In this document: piece by piece, positions 37,040 to 49,970 of the stretch
How positions within the stretch are numbered: the stretch's first letter is position 1
Layout: each line of letters opens with the position of its first letter
Assembly (NCBI GenBank): GCA_951406725.2
Contig: OX597838.1
Span: 17,980,001-18,044,000 of the forward strand
Direction: 5' to 3'
From: Octopus vulgaris
Taxonomy: Eukaryota
Length of the DNA stretch: 64,000 bases
Program-made: the position numbers and the translations under genes
Notes under the pieces: model-generated
Database searches by the model: none
The model's input: only the letters and a program-made list of their open reading frames with translations
Told to the model about the DNA's origin: nothing

Positions 37040-37770
37040 TGATGGTGGTGGAGGTAGTTGTGTTGGTGGTTGTGGTGATGGTGGTAGTGGTGATGGTTGT
37101 GGTAGAGGTGAAGGTGGTGGAGGTAGTGGTGTTGGTGGTTGTGGTGATGGTGGTAGTGGTGATGGTTGTGGTAGAGGTGATGGTGGCGGAGGTTGTGGTG
37201 TTGGTGGTTGTGGTGATGGTGGTAGTGGTGATGGTTGTGGTAGCGGTGATGGTGGTGGTGGTAGTGGTGTTGGTGGTTGTGGTGATGGTGGTAGTGGTGA
37301 TGGTTGTGGTAGAGGTGATGGTGGCGGAGGTTGTGGTGTTGGTGGTTGTGGTGATGGTGGTAGTGGTGATGGTTGTAGTAGAGGTGATGGTAGTGGAGGT
37401 AGTGGTGTTGGTGGTTGTGGTGATGGTGGTAGTGGTGATGGTTGTGGTAGAGGTGATGGTGGCGGAGGTAGTGGTGTTGGTGGTTGTGGTGATGGTGGTA
37501 GTGGTGATGGTTGTGGTTGAGGTGATGGTGGTGAAGGTAGTGGTGTTGGTGGTTGTGGTGATGGTGGTAGTGGTGATGGTTGTGGTAGCGGTGTTGGTGC
37601 TGGAGGTAGTGGTGTTGGTGGTTGTGGTGATGGTGGTAGTGGTGATGGTTGTGGTAGCGGTGTTGGTGCTGGAGGTAGTTGTGTTGGTGGTTGTGGTGAT
37701 GGTGGTAGTGGTGATAGTTGTAGTAGAGGTGATGGTGGTGGAGGTAGTGGTGTTGGTTGTGGTGGTGATG
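37040..37770. repeat. 69-bp higher-order minisatellite built from GGT-like triplets (about 10 copies)
   Basis: gtggtgatggtggtagtggtgatggttgtggtagagg recurs at 37072 and 37141. The translation shows a 23-aa period. Confidence 0.85.
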
Positions 37771-38154
37771 GTGGCATAGGTAGTGGTGATGGCGGTGGTG
37801 ATGGTGGCGTAGGTAGTGGTGATGGTGATAGTTGTTGTGGTGATGGTATTGGTGGTGGTAAGAGTATTGGTGATGTTGTTAGTGGTTGATATTGTTGTGG
37901 TGGCGCTGGTGCTGATTTTGGTAATAGTGTGAGTGGCAAAGCTCGTTGTGGTGGTGGTATCAGCAGAAAGTACATGGGGTGGGGGTGGGGGCAGGGCTGA
38001 GGTCAGTGGTTGTATAGGTTGTACAAGCGATGCAGGTAAGAGCTCAAGCTGTGACTGGGGGGAGGGGCAGGGAGGGATTTGACAATTTTGATGGTTGGGG
38101 AGGGGAGAGGGAGGCAAAAATGGAATACAACAAAAACAACAATCTCTCATTTTG

Positions 38155-39044
38155 CACACATACACACACACACACTTATATACACACACTTATACACACA
38201 CACACACACACACACACTTATATACACACACTTATACACACACACTTATACACACACACTTATATACATACACTTATATACACACACTTATACACACACA
38301 CTTATATACACACACACACACACACTTATACACACTTATACACACTCACACTTATATACACACACACTTATACACACACACACTTATATACACACACTTA
38401 TACACACTCACACTTATATACACACACATTTATACACACACTTATACACACGCACTTATACACACACACACACACTTATACAAACACACACACACTTATA
38501 CACACATACACACTCACACTTATACACACACACTTATACACACACGCACGCACGCACACGCTTATACACACGCGCTGGTGCAACACAGATATACAACAAA
38601 CACGCAACGCATACATCACAAAACACACACACACACACACATACACATAGAGACATGCAACACATACATCACACACACTTAATACAGTAAACATAACACA
38701 TACACACAACGACACATACATCATCCACAGACTCCCAAAATACACATACACACCTCAGCACACACACACACACACACATACACTTACACACACACACAAC
38801 ACATCCATCATCCACAGACTAAACGCACACACATACACCTCACGCACAACCCAGCACACACACGTACACACACATACACATACTCATACTTCACATCAAT
38901 GCAACATACAGAGATATACACACACACACACACAACACACACACACACAACACACACACATACACAAACACACACTCCTACGCGCGCACACACACACACA
39001 CATACACACACATATACACACACACACACAACACACACACACAC

Positions 39045-39133
<89 letters not shown>

Positions 39134-39160
39134 ACACAACACACACACAAACACATACAA
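38155..39160. repeat. (CA)n with TTATA interruptions, compound microsatellite
   Basis: Direct inspection. Confidence 0.9.
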
Positions 39161-39604
39161 AGAGTGAAGCACGAATTTATTTACAATAACATCGTAACCT
39201 GCTCCATGCTGTCCACGTTAAGTACACCTCCGCCCGTCTCAGACAAAAAAAATTAAGTTAGAAATGGATAGAGAGAGGAGTAGTGACAGCAACAGTAATA
39301 GCAGTTGACCCGTAGGTCAACTGTTATAGCGAGTCCCAGTATTTAATCTCACTCCCAGTTTCATGCCACCACTACCACAACCACCGTTGCCGCCGCTACC
39401 GCCTCCGCCAGAACTAGCACTGCCTCCACCACTAGCAACCGATATAGTTTTAAACAGTAAATCAGTGTTCCAGAGCATTGAATAGGTTTGCCTTTTTTTT
39501 TACAGGCACAGCTCTGAGTAATATATGGAGTCGTTCTACTGATAGATATACGATATACCACTGCTTATATATACATAGGACGCATACATAAATATAGATA
39601 ACTT

Positions 39605-39715
<111 letters not shown>

Positions 39716-39877
39716 GTCGCGATATGTCCAAGACATTTGTTCAAATACCTTGAGATAAGATAAATAAATCTGACGCCAAATAAAATAAATATTTTATTTT
39801 AAATTATGGCTGTGTTTCTTTACAAACTGTAACATTGTTAACTGCATGTATATACATACATACACACACACACACAC

Positions 39878-39956
<79 letters not shown>

Positions 39957-39989
39957 CACATACACATACACGAATATATATACATATAT

Positions 39990-40200
39990 TCTTTTATTTG
40001 TTTCAGTCATTTGACTGCGGCCATGCTGGAACGCCCGCCTTTAGTCGAGCAAATTGAACTCCAGGACTTATTCTTTATAAGCCTAGTACTTATTCTATCG
40101 GTTGTTTTGCCGAACCGCTAAGTTACGGTGACGTAAACACACCAGCATCAGTTATCAAGTGATGTTGGCGGGGACAAACACAGACACACAAACATATACA
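39990..40200 (-). mobile_element. SINE family A 3' half
   Basis: Family A tail and body. Confidence 0.8.
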
Positions 40201-40286
40201 TAAATACATACTAAAATGTTTTTCATGATAAATTTATTTTAGCATTTTCTACCTTGTTTTATTTTCCTTATACACACACGCGCGCG

Positions 40287-40348
<62 letters not shown>

Positions 40349-40384
40349 TACATACACACACACACACACACAGCTGTGGTTTGG

Positions 40385-40490
40385 AAACTTAAATTTTTGT
40401 ACAGTTGGTAAGTATTAGGAATCCGTCATCCCGGTAAAGCCACCTTGAGCATCCGGGAATGTATTTTTCGTATTGTGAAGACATACAAAT
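40385..40490 (-). mobile_element. Short Penelope-like RT fragment
   Basis: LYRDDGFLIL resembles the GLYRDDG catalytic motif of PLE RTs. Confidence 0.45.
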
Positions 40491-40649
40491 GTACATGCAA
40501 AAATGCGTAAAGACACATATATACACAAGCACATGCACACTCATGTATGCGTATACAAAAGCATATATGCGAAAATTTCCCAAGTTTTTCTTGCATATAA
40601 AATATATCAAGTACGATTAAAACATAAAGACTATTTATTAACTTGTGGC

Positions 40650-42230
40650 TCTAACATTCCTATATTTGACCAGGAGGAACAAATATTGTGTGGACAATTA
40701 CTTTCGAATCGATGAAACAAATCGGCATCGTCTTAATATTGGACTTCACTTGACGCACATTTTCGGGCCGCGGTGACACTGAATGCTTCCTGATTGCTGT
40801 TTCGTTTCCTCGGTAGTAGCCGTAGCACCAGTTCTTGTCACCAGTGATAACCTTCGAAAAAAAGGTCCGGGTCAACTTACAGCTGTTCGTTTAATTCACG
40901 ACACGCATTCATTCAGTCGTGACTGCTTTTGATCTTCCGTGAGCAAGCGAGGCACAGATTTTGCTGCAACTCTTTGCATACGCAATTCCTCGCTCAAAAT
41001 TCGTTAGCAGGAGCTCCAGAACACAGCAATCATATCTATTTCTTTACTGCCCACAAGGGGCTAAACACAGAAGGGACAAACAAGGACAGACAAACGGATT
41101 AAGTCGGTTACATCGACCCCAGTGCGTAACTGGTACTTAATTTATCGACCCCGAAAGGATGAAAGGTAAAGTCGACCTCGGCGGAATTTGAACTCAGAAC
41201 ATAGCGGCAGACGAAATACCTATTTCTTTATTGCTCACAAGGGGCTAAACATAGAGGGGACAAACAAGGACAGACAAACGGATTAAGTCGGTTACATCGA
41301 CCCCAGTACGTAACTGGTACTTAATTTATCGACCCTGTAAGGATGAAAGGCAAAGTCGACCCCGGCGGAATTTGAACTCAGAACGTAGCGGCAGACGAAA
41401 TACCTATTTCTTTATTGCCCACAAGGGGCTAAACATAGAGGGGACAAACAAGGACAGACAAACGGATTAAGTCGGTTACATCGACCCCAGTACGTAACTG
41501 GTACTTAATTTATCGACCCCGAAAGGATGAAAGGCAAAGTCGACCCCGGCGGAATTTGAACTCAGAACGTAGCGGCAGACGAAATACCGCTAAGCGTTTC
41601 GCCCGGCGTGCTAACGATTCTGCCAGCTCGCCGCCTTTCATATCAATCATATCAACAAGTTCGTCAATTGTTCGGAGACCCTTCCCCACAAAAAATCAGT
41701 TCAGGAATTTTCGTGATGTTTTCATTCGTTCAGGAGATCCACAATCACCCTGAACTAGGTTGGTTTTCAAATACAAGTGACCATTCCTATAACATGTAAA
41801 ACCACTAGTAAACTTGTGCTTTGCTCATGGCAGCGCTCTTGTAAGCTGTTAGAAGCTTGACAACTGCTTCGACCGCCGTTTTTCCCAGCATAAAGCAGAA
41901 TTCACGGAAGAACGCTGTCCCTTCGTTTCAGCCACCGCAAAACACGACGAACAGGAGAGAAGCACTGCTAAACAAAATCGCACCACGTGGTAGAACGATC
42001 CAATCAGACGCCGCCGGTCGGCAGACCGTTGCTCGAGGGTTGCATCGAGCAGCTTGTCGCAGCGGAAGGCTGAACCACCACGGGTTTGTCCCACGGAGAA
42101 CGTTTCCGCTTACTTTTGGGTACCTCTTCGCATATATACAAAACAGCTCCATACAATTCATATCTATGACGTAAGTTATATGCGTTAGCACTTATCAAAC
42201 TAATGCAGAAGCAACACAGAGACTCAAGGG
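40650..42230 (-). mobile_element. Degenerate mariner transposase interrupted by a SINE B trimer
   Basis: FFSKVITGDKNWCYGY (ITGDETW-type), VRQVKSNIKTM, ILSEELRMQRVAAKSVPRLL. Confidence 0.75.
41037..41636 (-). mobile_element. SINE family B trimer (one head + three 184-bp units)
   Basis: TATTTCTTT unit ends at 41037, 41221 and 41405. Confidence 0.9.
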
Positions 42231-42290
42231 CCTAGAATTTAGTTATGAATGCTAACGCACGAAACTCTCAATCCTAGAATATAACTTTAG

Positions 42291-42327
<37 letters not shown>

Positions 42328-42444
42328 TATAATCAGCCGAAATTGCGAAGATAATCTGGTACTTGTCTGAGGAAAGAAAACTTCGAATGACTCGTCCTTG
42401 TTTTCTTTGTATCGTCTATCTCGATGTTTCGTTGTCCCATTTTG

Positions 42445-42549
<105 letters not shown>

Positions 42550-42571
42550 TTTGTGTGTGTGTGTGTGTGTG

Positions 42572-42805
42572 TATACAAAAATGTTATAATTATAAGCATA
42601 ATTATAATTAAGGTTCAGCAAAAATTGCTTCAACACGTACCGAAGTTTAGAAATAGCAGTTAAATACTATTCCACTACCTGTCTGGGAGATATCTTATGG
42701 TAGTGGAATAGTATTTAACTGGTATTTCTAAACTTCGGTATGTGGTGAAGCAATTTTGATGAACCCTAATTATAATTATGCTTGTAATTATAAAATTTTT
42801 GCATA
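42572..42805. repeat. Long imperfect inverted repeat, ~107-bp arms, 19-nt loop
   Basis: ...TAAATACTATTCCACTACC / GGTAGTGGAATAGTATTTA... Confidence 0.9.
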
Positions 42806-42905
42806 AGTTTACCGATAATGGTTCTTTTAAAATACCGAACTACTTGGTAAAATTATTAATTATTAATTGATTAATTAATTTTACCCTTAATTATCATTGA
42901 TATAC

Positions 42906-42945
<40 letters not shown>

Positions 42946-42959
42946 TTACTTATATATAT

Positions 42960-43006
<47 letters not shown>

Positions 43007-43039
43007 CATACATGTGTGTATTTATATGTATATGTATTA

Positions 43040-43092
<53 letters not shown>

Positions 43093-43118
43093 TGAATGCA
43101 TATACATATGTATGTATG

Positions 43119-43152
<34 letters not shown>

Positions 43153-43525
43153 TGTATGTATGTATGTATGTGTGTATGAGTGAGTGTGTATATCCATATA
43201 CAGTACTCACTCGCGTGCACACGACCCGTCTATTTGTGTGAATCAATCAACGACTGTTTATCTGCCGAGTTATATTTACGTGAACAACATGCAGCCAGTT
43301 GTTATCTGGGTTTGAACTTCTGATCACTGACTCATCGTTCTCATATCACACCGACTAGTTAGTCGATAGGAATGGCATGAAGGGAGAGTGGATGGCTGGG
43401 TGTCTGGGTGTTGGTTCGCGACTACGATGACGAAAAAGTGAAAAAAGATAGAAGCCGGAGGTGAAAAAAAAAAGTAGAAAAAGAGTGAATAAGGGAAGAC
43501 GAATGGACGATGCTATCTTAGTTCC

Positions 43526-43911
43526 TTCCTTAAGCACTCCGTCGATTACGACGACGAGGGTTCCGGTTGATCCGATCAACGGAACAGCCTACTCGTGAAA
43601 TTAACGTGTAAGTGGCTGCGCACTCCACAGACACGTGCACCCTTAACGTAGTTCTCGGGGATATTCAGCGTGAAACAGAGAGTGACAAGGCCGGCCCTTT
43701 GAAATACAGGTACAACAGAAACAGGAAGTAAGAGTGAGAGAAAGTTGTGGTGAAAGAGTACAGCAGGGATCACCACCATCCCCTGCCGGAGCGTCGTGGA
43801 GCTTTCAGGTGTTTTCGCTCAATAAACACTCACAACGCCCGGTCTGGGAATCGAAACCGCGATCCTACGACCGCGAGTCCGCTGCCCTAACCACTGGGCC
43901 ATTGCGCCTCC
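43526..43911 (-). mobile_element. tRNA-derived SINE family C
   Basis: Head GGAGGCGCAATGGCCCAGTGG...GGTTTCGATTCCC. Confidence 0.85.
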
Positions 43912-43997
43912 GCTATCTTAGTTATAAGCGCACGGAATGATACATTATTTGTGATGTGGATTCCCAGGGGCCACTGATCGCACATCCGGATTTGCTA

Positions 43998-44598
43998 AGG
44001 CGGCGAGCTGGCAGAAACGTTAGCACGCCGGGCGAAATGCGTAGCCGTATTTCGTCTGTCGTTACGTTCGAAGTTCAAATTCCGCCGGGGTCGACTTTGC
44101 CTTTCATCCTTTCGGGGTCGATAAATTAAGTACCAGTTACGCACTGGGTTCGATGTAATCGACTTAATCCCTTTGTCTATCCTTGTTTGTTCCCTCTGTG
44201 TTTAGCCCCTTGTGGGTAATAAAGAAATAGGTATTTCGTCTGAGGTTACCTTCGAAGTTCAAATTCCGCCGAGGTCGACTTTGCCTTTCATCCTTTCGGG
44301 GTCGATAAATTAAGTACCAGTTAACGCACTGGGGTCGATGTAATCGACTTAATCCATTTGTCTGTCCTTGTTTGTCCCCTCTGTGTTTAGCCCCTTGTGG
44401 GTAATAAAGAAATAGGTATTTCGTCTGAGGTTACCTTCGAAGTTCAAATTCCGCCGAGGTCGACTTTGCCTTTCATCCTTTCGGGGTCGATAAATTAAGT
44501 ACCAGTTACGCACTGGGGTCGATATAATCGACTTAATCCGTTTGTCTGTCCTTGTTCGTCCCCTCTGTGTTTAGCCCCTTGTGGATAGTAAAGAAATA
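43998..44598 (+). mobile_element. SINE family B trimer
   Basis: GTATTTCG unit starts at 44047, 44231 and 44416. Confidence 0.9.
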
Positions 44599-44747
44599 TA
44601 TACTTCATCACCCTGTATAATTTGATAGCAGTTTGTGGGTGGACAGCGAATTGAAAAATGTCAGCATTGCACAGTGTTGTTTTCTTCAATCCACTCGTAC
44701 GAGTCCAGTTCTTTTTGTAGTTTCGCATAATCACCAGAATTCTTGAT

Positions 44748-45168
44748 TACTCTTTTACTCTTTTACTTTGTTTCCGTCATTTGGCTGCGGCCATGCTGGA
44801 GCACCGCCTTCAGTCGAGCAAATCGACCCCGGGACTTATTCTTTTTGTAAGCCCAGTACTTATTCTATCGGTCTCTTTTGCCGAACCGCTAAGTGACGGG
44901 GACGTAAACACACCAGCATCGGTTGTCAAGCAATGCTAGGGGGACAAACACAGACACACAAACACACACACATACATACACACATATATATATATACATA
45001 TATACGACCGGCTTCTTTTAGTTTCCGTCTACCAAATCCACTCACAAGGCTTTGGTCGGCCCGGGGCTATAGTAGAAGACACTTGCCCACGATGCCACGC
45101 AGTGGGACTGAACCCGGAACCATGTGGTTGGTTAGCAAGCTACTTACCACACAGCCACTCCTGCGCCT
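44748..45168 (-). mobile_element. SINE family A
   Basis: Family A consensus. Confidence 0.9.
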
Positions 45169-45219
45169 CTTAAATTTTTGCATCGTCAGTGTAGCTGGTG
45201 AGAATGGCTGACTGTATGG

Positions 45220-45480
45220 CTAAGGGTATATCTAAGGGAGCCGCTGCGAACATAGACGGTTACAGTGCGGTTCTCCGAGGGGTTCCGCTTTGAATTGGTA
45301 TTTCTTCTCAGAGAACACCATTGGGCGCGACTGTCTGACTCCTGTTTTTTATCTTTTAAAAGGTCTCGCAGCCATTCCTGTAGACTTCCAATGATACTAA
45401 GGTCAAACAGTCTGTGTCATATCACTCCGTGATCAATTTTATCGAAGACCTTGGCTAAGTCGAGATATATCACATCTAAA
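45220..45480 (-). mobile_element. CR1/Jockey-type RT fragment
   Basis: LDVIYLDLAKVFDKIDHGV...LQEWLRDLLKDKKQ. Confidence 0.7.
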
Positions 45481-45699
45481 GATCTAGTGAGGACGCATGG
45501 CCTAGTGATTAGGGAGTTGCTCTCACGATCATGATTTCAATTCCTTGACCGGGTTATACGTTTTTTTTTTTTTAGCAAAACACTTCATCACGTGTTGCTC
45601 TGCGATCACTTCAACACCTGACACGTGATATTATATACCATGCACCTGTTCAGGTAACTTCGATTTGATGGATAGAGTGAGCTAATGTACAATGCACAT

Positions 45700-46092
45700 A
45701 TTTCTTTCTTTATTGCCCACAAGGGGCTAAACACAGAGAGGACAAACAAGGACAGACAAACGGATTAAGTCGATTATATCGACCCCAGTGCGCAACTGGT
45801 ACTTATTTGATCGACCCCCGAAAGGATGAAAGGCAAAGTCGACCACGGCGGAATTTGAACTCAAAACGTAACGGCAGACGAAATATCTATTTCTTTACTA
45901 CCCACAAGGGGCTAAACACAGAGGGGACAAACAAGGACAGACGAACGGATTAAGTCGATTACATCGACTCCAGTGCATAACTGGTACTTATTTAATCGGC
46001 CCCGAAAGAATGAAAGGCAAAGTCGACCTCGGCGGAATTTGAACTCAGAACGTAAAGACAGATGAAATACCTATTTCTTTACTACCCACAAG
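45700..46092 (-). mobile_element. SINE family B concatemer (headless, 2+ units)
   Basis: Same GAAATA(C/T)CTATTTC junctions. Confidence 0.85.
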
Positions 46093-46347
46093 TATTAGAA
46101 AGTAGATAGAAAGCACTGTTTCTATTTCGGTCGAATTTTCTCAATAAGAAGTTATTAAAAGACTGTTAATTACATTAATTATATAAAAAACGAAATCACA
46201 CACACAAGCAAACGAAAAAAAGAAGAAAAAAAAGCTAGACGAATGAATTATATGGTATCGCTATAATGTTTCGTTAAGAGATTTTATTGTGATATGACAG
46301 CGTGCGTGCAGAATCCACGCACAAGGTTTTAGTTGGCCTGAATGTTA

Positions 46348-46790
46348 TACTCTTTTACTCTTTACTCTTTTACTCTTTACTCTTTTACTTGTTTCAGTCA
46401 TTTGACTGCGGCCATGCTGGAGCACCACCTTTAGTCGAGCAAATCGACCCCAGGACTTATTCTTTGTAAGCCCAGTACTAATTTTATCGGTCTATTTTGC
46501 CGACCCACTAAGTGACAGGGACGTAAACACACCAGTATCGGTTGTCAAGCAATGCTAGAGGGACAAACACAGACACACAAACATTTACACACACATACAT
46601 ATATATATATATACATACATATATACGACGGGCTTCTTCCAGTTTCCGTCTACCAAATCCACTCACAAGGCTTTGGTCGGCCCGAGGCTATAGTAGAAGA
46701 CAGTTGCCCAAGGTGCCTCGCAATGGGACTGAACCCAGAACCATGTGGTTGGTAAGCAAGCTACTTACCACACAGCCACTCCTGCGCCTA
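46348..46790 (-). mobile_element. SINE family A with long (TTACTCTT)n tail
   Basis: Family A consensus. Confidence 0.9.
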
Positions 46791-47109
46791 TCTGAGAAAA
46801 AAAAAGCACCGCAAGTCCGAGAAAGGTTGTTTTATGGAAGACCAGTAGTCGCCCATGCATACCAGCCTCCCCTCTCCATGCCACCGATGTTATCCCAGAG
46901 AAAGGCAAGGGCCAATACAGCTTGGCACCAGTGATGTCGCAACTCATTTCTACAGCTAAGTGAACTGGAGCAACGTGAAATAAAATATCTTCCTCACGAA
47001 CACAGCCCGGTCCAGGAATCGAACACGCTACTTATGGTTTTGAGCTTACGCTCTAACCACTGAGCCATGCGCCTTCACCAATTAAGTATATCAGGTATAT
47101 AATGTATAT

Positions 47110-47403
47110 CACGTGACCGACCAGACCATCAGATGTTGCTACACATCGCTGGTCACAATGCGCTTCGCATTGTTTTAGCCTTCGAACGACGCCACCCCGC
47201 TGGCTAAGCGAGCAGGCCAACAGAAGAAAGAGAGAAAGAGTGGTGAAAGAGTACAGCAGGGATCACCTTCACTCTTGCCGGAGCCTCGTGGAGCTTTTAG
47301 GTGTTTTTGCTCAATAAACACACACAAAGCCCGATCTGGGAATCGAAACCGCGATCCTACGACTGCGAGTCCGCTGCCCTAACCACTGGGCCATTGCGCC
47401 TCC
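47110..47403 (-). mobile_element. SINE family C with alternative 3' tail
   Basis: Same head and body as 43526-43911, different distal sequence. Confidence 0.8.
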
Positions 47404-47598
47404 ACATATAATGTATATAGCATATAAAATTCTCCGCACTTTTACTGGGTCCTCTAATTTATCACTTGGTAAATCAACAGAGGTTTATATATATATACAC
47501 GAGTAGATAGATAGATGCAAAACAAGGTAGAAAAAATAATACTCTCATACCGAAGGTAGAGCACAATGCTTTTATTAAAGCCGAAAAAAATCTTCACA

Positions 47599-47638
47599 AA
47601 CTGTTACTTAGTTTCACGTTACCATTCATCGGACAGTT
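47599..47638 (-). ncRNA. Minimal type I hammerhead ribozyme candidate
   Basis: AACTGT-CCGATGA-ATG-GTAA-CGT-GAAAC-TAA-GTA-ACAGTT: 6-bp stem I, GNRA-capped stem II, GUA cleavage triplet. Confidence 0.65.
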
Positions 47639-47804
47639 GTGATCATATTAAAATAAAAACTGGGATGTTTCGTGTAATACAATATGATATGATGTAATAC
47701 AATTCAACGAAAAAGCAATTAAATTTGATTGGCTGACTGATTTTCAAAAACATAACAGTATAGTTTCGCTACCTGTGGGGTAATAAAAGCGAAGTTTATA
47801 TACA

Positions 47805-48380
47805 CGGCTGTGTGGTAAGTAGCTTGCTTGCCAACCACATGGTTCCGGGTTCAGTTCCACTGCGTAGCACCTTGGGCATGTGTCTTCTACTATAGCCTCG
47901 GGCCGACCAAAGCCTTGTGAGTGGATTTGATAGACGGAAACTGAAAGAAGCCCGTCGTATATATGTATATGTATGTGTGTGTATATGTTTATGTGTCTGT
48001 GTTTGTTCCCCCAACATCGCTTGACAACTGATGCTGGTGTGTTTATGTCCCTGTAACTTAGCGGTTCGGCAAAAGAGACTGATAGAATAAGTACTAGGCT
48101 TACAAAGAATAGGCACAACAGGTACAGGAGTGGCTGCGTGGTAAGTAGCTTGCTTACCAACCACCTGGTTCCGGGTTCAGTCCCACTGCGTGGCACCTTG
48201 GGCGAGTGTCTTGTACTATAGCCTCGGGCCGACCAAAGCCTTGTGAGTGGATTTGGTAGACGGAAACTGACTACCACCTCATACAAAGAATGAGTTCCTG
48301 GGGTCGATTTGCTCGACTAAAAGCGGTGCTCCAGCATGGCCGCAGTCAAATGACTGAAACAGGTAAAAGAGTAAAAGTGT
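47805..48380 (+). mobile_element. Two tandem/nested SINE family A copies
   Basis: Heads at about 47805 and 48121. Confidence 0.85.
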
Positions 48381-48589
48381 AAATAGAAAAATAATGTCAA
48401 TCACTTCTTTTGTTTGCATACGTCTGTGCAAAGACCTTTAAAGCAACTCTACAATGGCTACACGCATTCTCTGGTGCCTATACTCGGAGACCCGAAAGTG
48501 GATGGGGCTTGATCATCTCCCTAACTACATCTTCCTCTTTCTAAATAAACACTGAACGAGAAGAGATTGTTGCAGGAGTTTGGATGATA

Positions 48590-48850
48590 CGATGATGGCC
48601 GTCCACTCGTGACCGAGGAAGACCATTGCCGACCTTCAAGAACATTGTGCGCTCTAGGACTAACTTATATTTTGCATTTGCGACTCCGTTGGTGGCTAAT
48701 GAGCCCTGCTCTTGACAAGCATACACGACTGCAAACATTGCAGATCAAGCTTTCCCCATTCACTATACGAGCCGTGAGCTTTCGCGCAGCTCGCTTAAAT
48801 TCTTCATGCTGGATACGTGCTCTCTCAAAAGATTGGATGATATACACTGC
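48590..48850 (-). mobile_element. RTE (BovB-like) LINE 3' end
   Basis: FERARIQHEEFKRAARK...ICNVCSRVCLSRAGLISHQRS. Confidence 0.75.
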
Positions 48851-49263
48851 TGAATATTCACAATTTATTGAATTCATAATTGGCCGCCAGATAACAATTT
48901 AACTCTATAGGTACATACCCCAGAGGAGCATTCTGCATTCTAAATACTTGTTTAGTAACGTTGAAAGATCAAGCAATTAGCAGATAAAACTCCCTCTAGG
49001 GATTTTTAAGATATTTAATGAAAAGAAGGGAGATAACTCCAAAAAGATGTGTTGATTAACAATTTTCGACAAAGCAGACGATGGCAGATTGGAGTGGTAG
49101 ATTGATGAAAGTAACAGACGTTTCGGTCTTTATTAGATTTCTTTAGTTAAGTATATTCTTCTCAGTTGGCATGACTAAACGTCATCAAGTTATATACGCA
49201 GAAATAAAGAAAGTATAGTGCTTATGAATATGGAAAATATATAGCCTTAGCTGAATACTTCAA

Positions 49264-49680
49264 GGATCTTTTCAGTTTGAACGGCAGTTTTTTCTAGCGG
49301 TGTCATATGAAATTGTCACCCATAATTATGACCCTAGTATCAATCTATTGCATTTCAATATGTTTTAGGGTTAGGGTTAGGGGTGGGGGGAAGGGTATCT
49401 TTTTTTATTGTAAATAAACCCAAGCTGTTTCTTAAACGAGGGACATATTCATATGGCACAGAATGTGTTTTTTTTACCTCAATAGACGTCATTGATTGGT
49501 TGAAATTGCAGAAATTGAAGAAAAAAACAACAACAAATATCTTACAAACCATAGAATTTTCTCAATAAGGCCAAGAGAAAAATATGTTTTATAAACACAT
49601 TCTACCAGTATACGAATTTTAAAAGTGTTTAGTTACGTGGAAATTATTTTAAAAAACTGCCGTTCAAACCGAAAAGATCA
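49264..49680. mobile_element. Merlin-like MITE copy 2 with 8-bp TSD TACTTCAA and internal (TTAGGG)3
   Basis: TSD at 49256-49263 and 49681-49688. TIRs as in copy 1. Confidence 0.85.
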
Positions 49681-49737
49681 TACTTCAAGGTAGAATTCTA
49701 CATAATTAAAGTGTTAGGATCTGACTCATGTAATATA

Positions 49738-49970
49738 TATTTCTTTATTACCCACAAGGGGCTAAACACAGAAGGGACAAACAAGGACAGACAAATAGAT
49801 TAAGTCGATTACATCGACCCCAGTGCGTAACTGGTTCTTAATTTATCAACCCCGAAAGGATGAAAGGCAAAGTCGACCTCGGCGGAATTTGAACTCGGAA
49901 CGTAACGACAGACGAAATACGGCTACGTATTTCGCCCGGCGTGCTAACGTTTCTACCAGCTCGCCGCCTT
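49738..49970 (-). mobile_element. SINE family B
   Basis: Family B consensus. Confidence 0.85.

Noticed and set aside
42360-42400. CTGAGGA...GAAT hammerhead-like motif
   Set aside because: GAAA is missing and stem I cannot be formed convincingly.
49364-49384. Telomere or chromosome-fusion scar
   Set aside because: Only three TTAGGG units, located inside a MITE.
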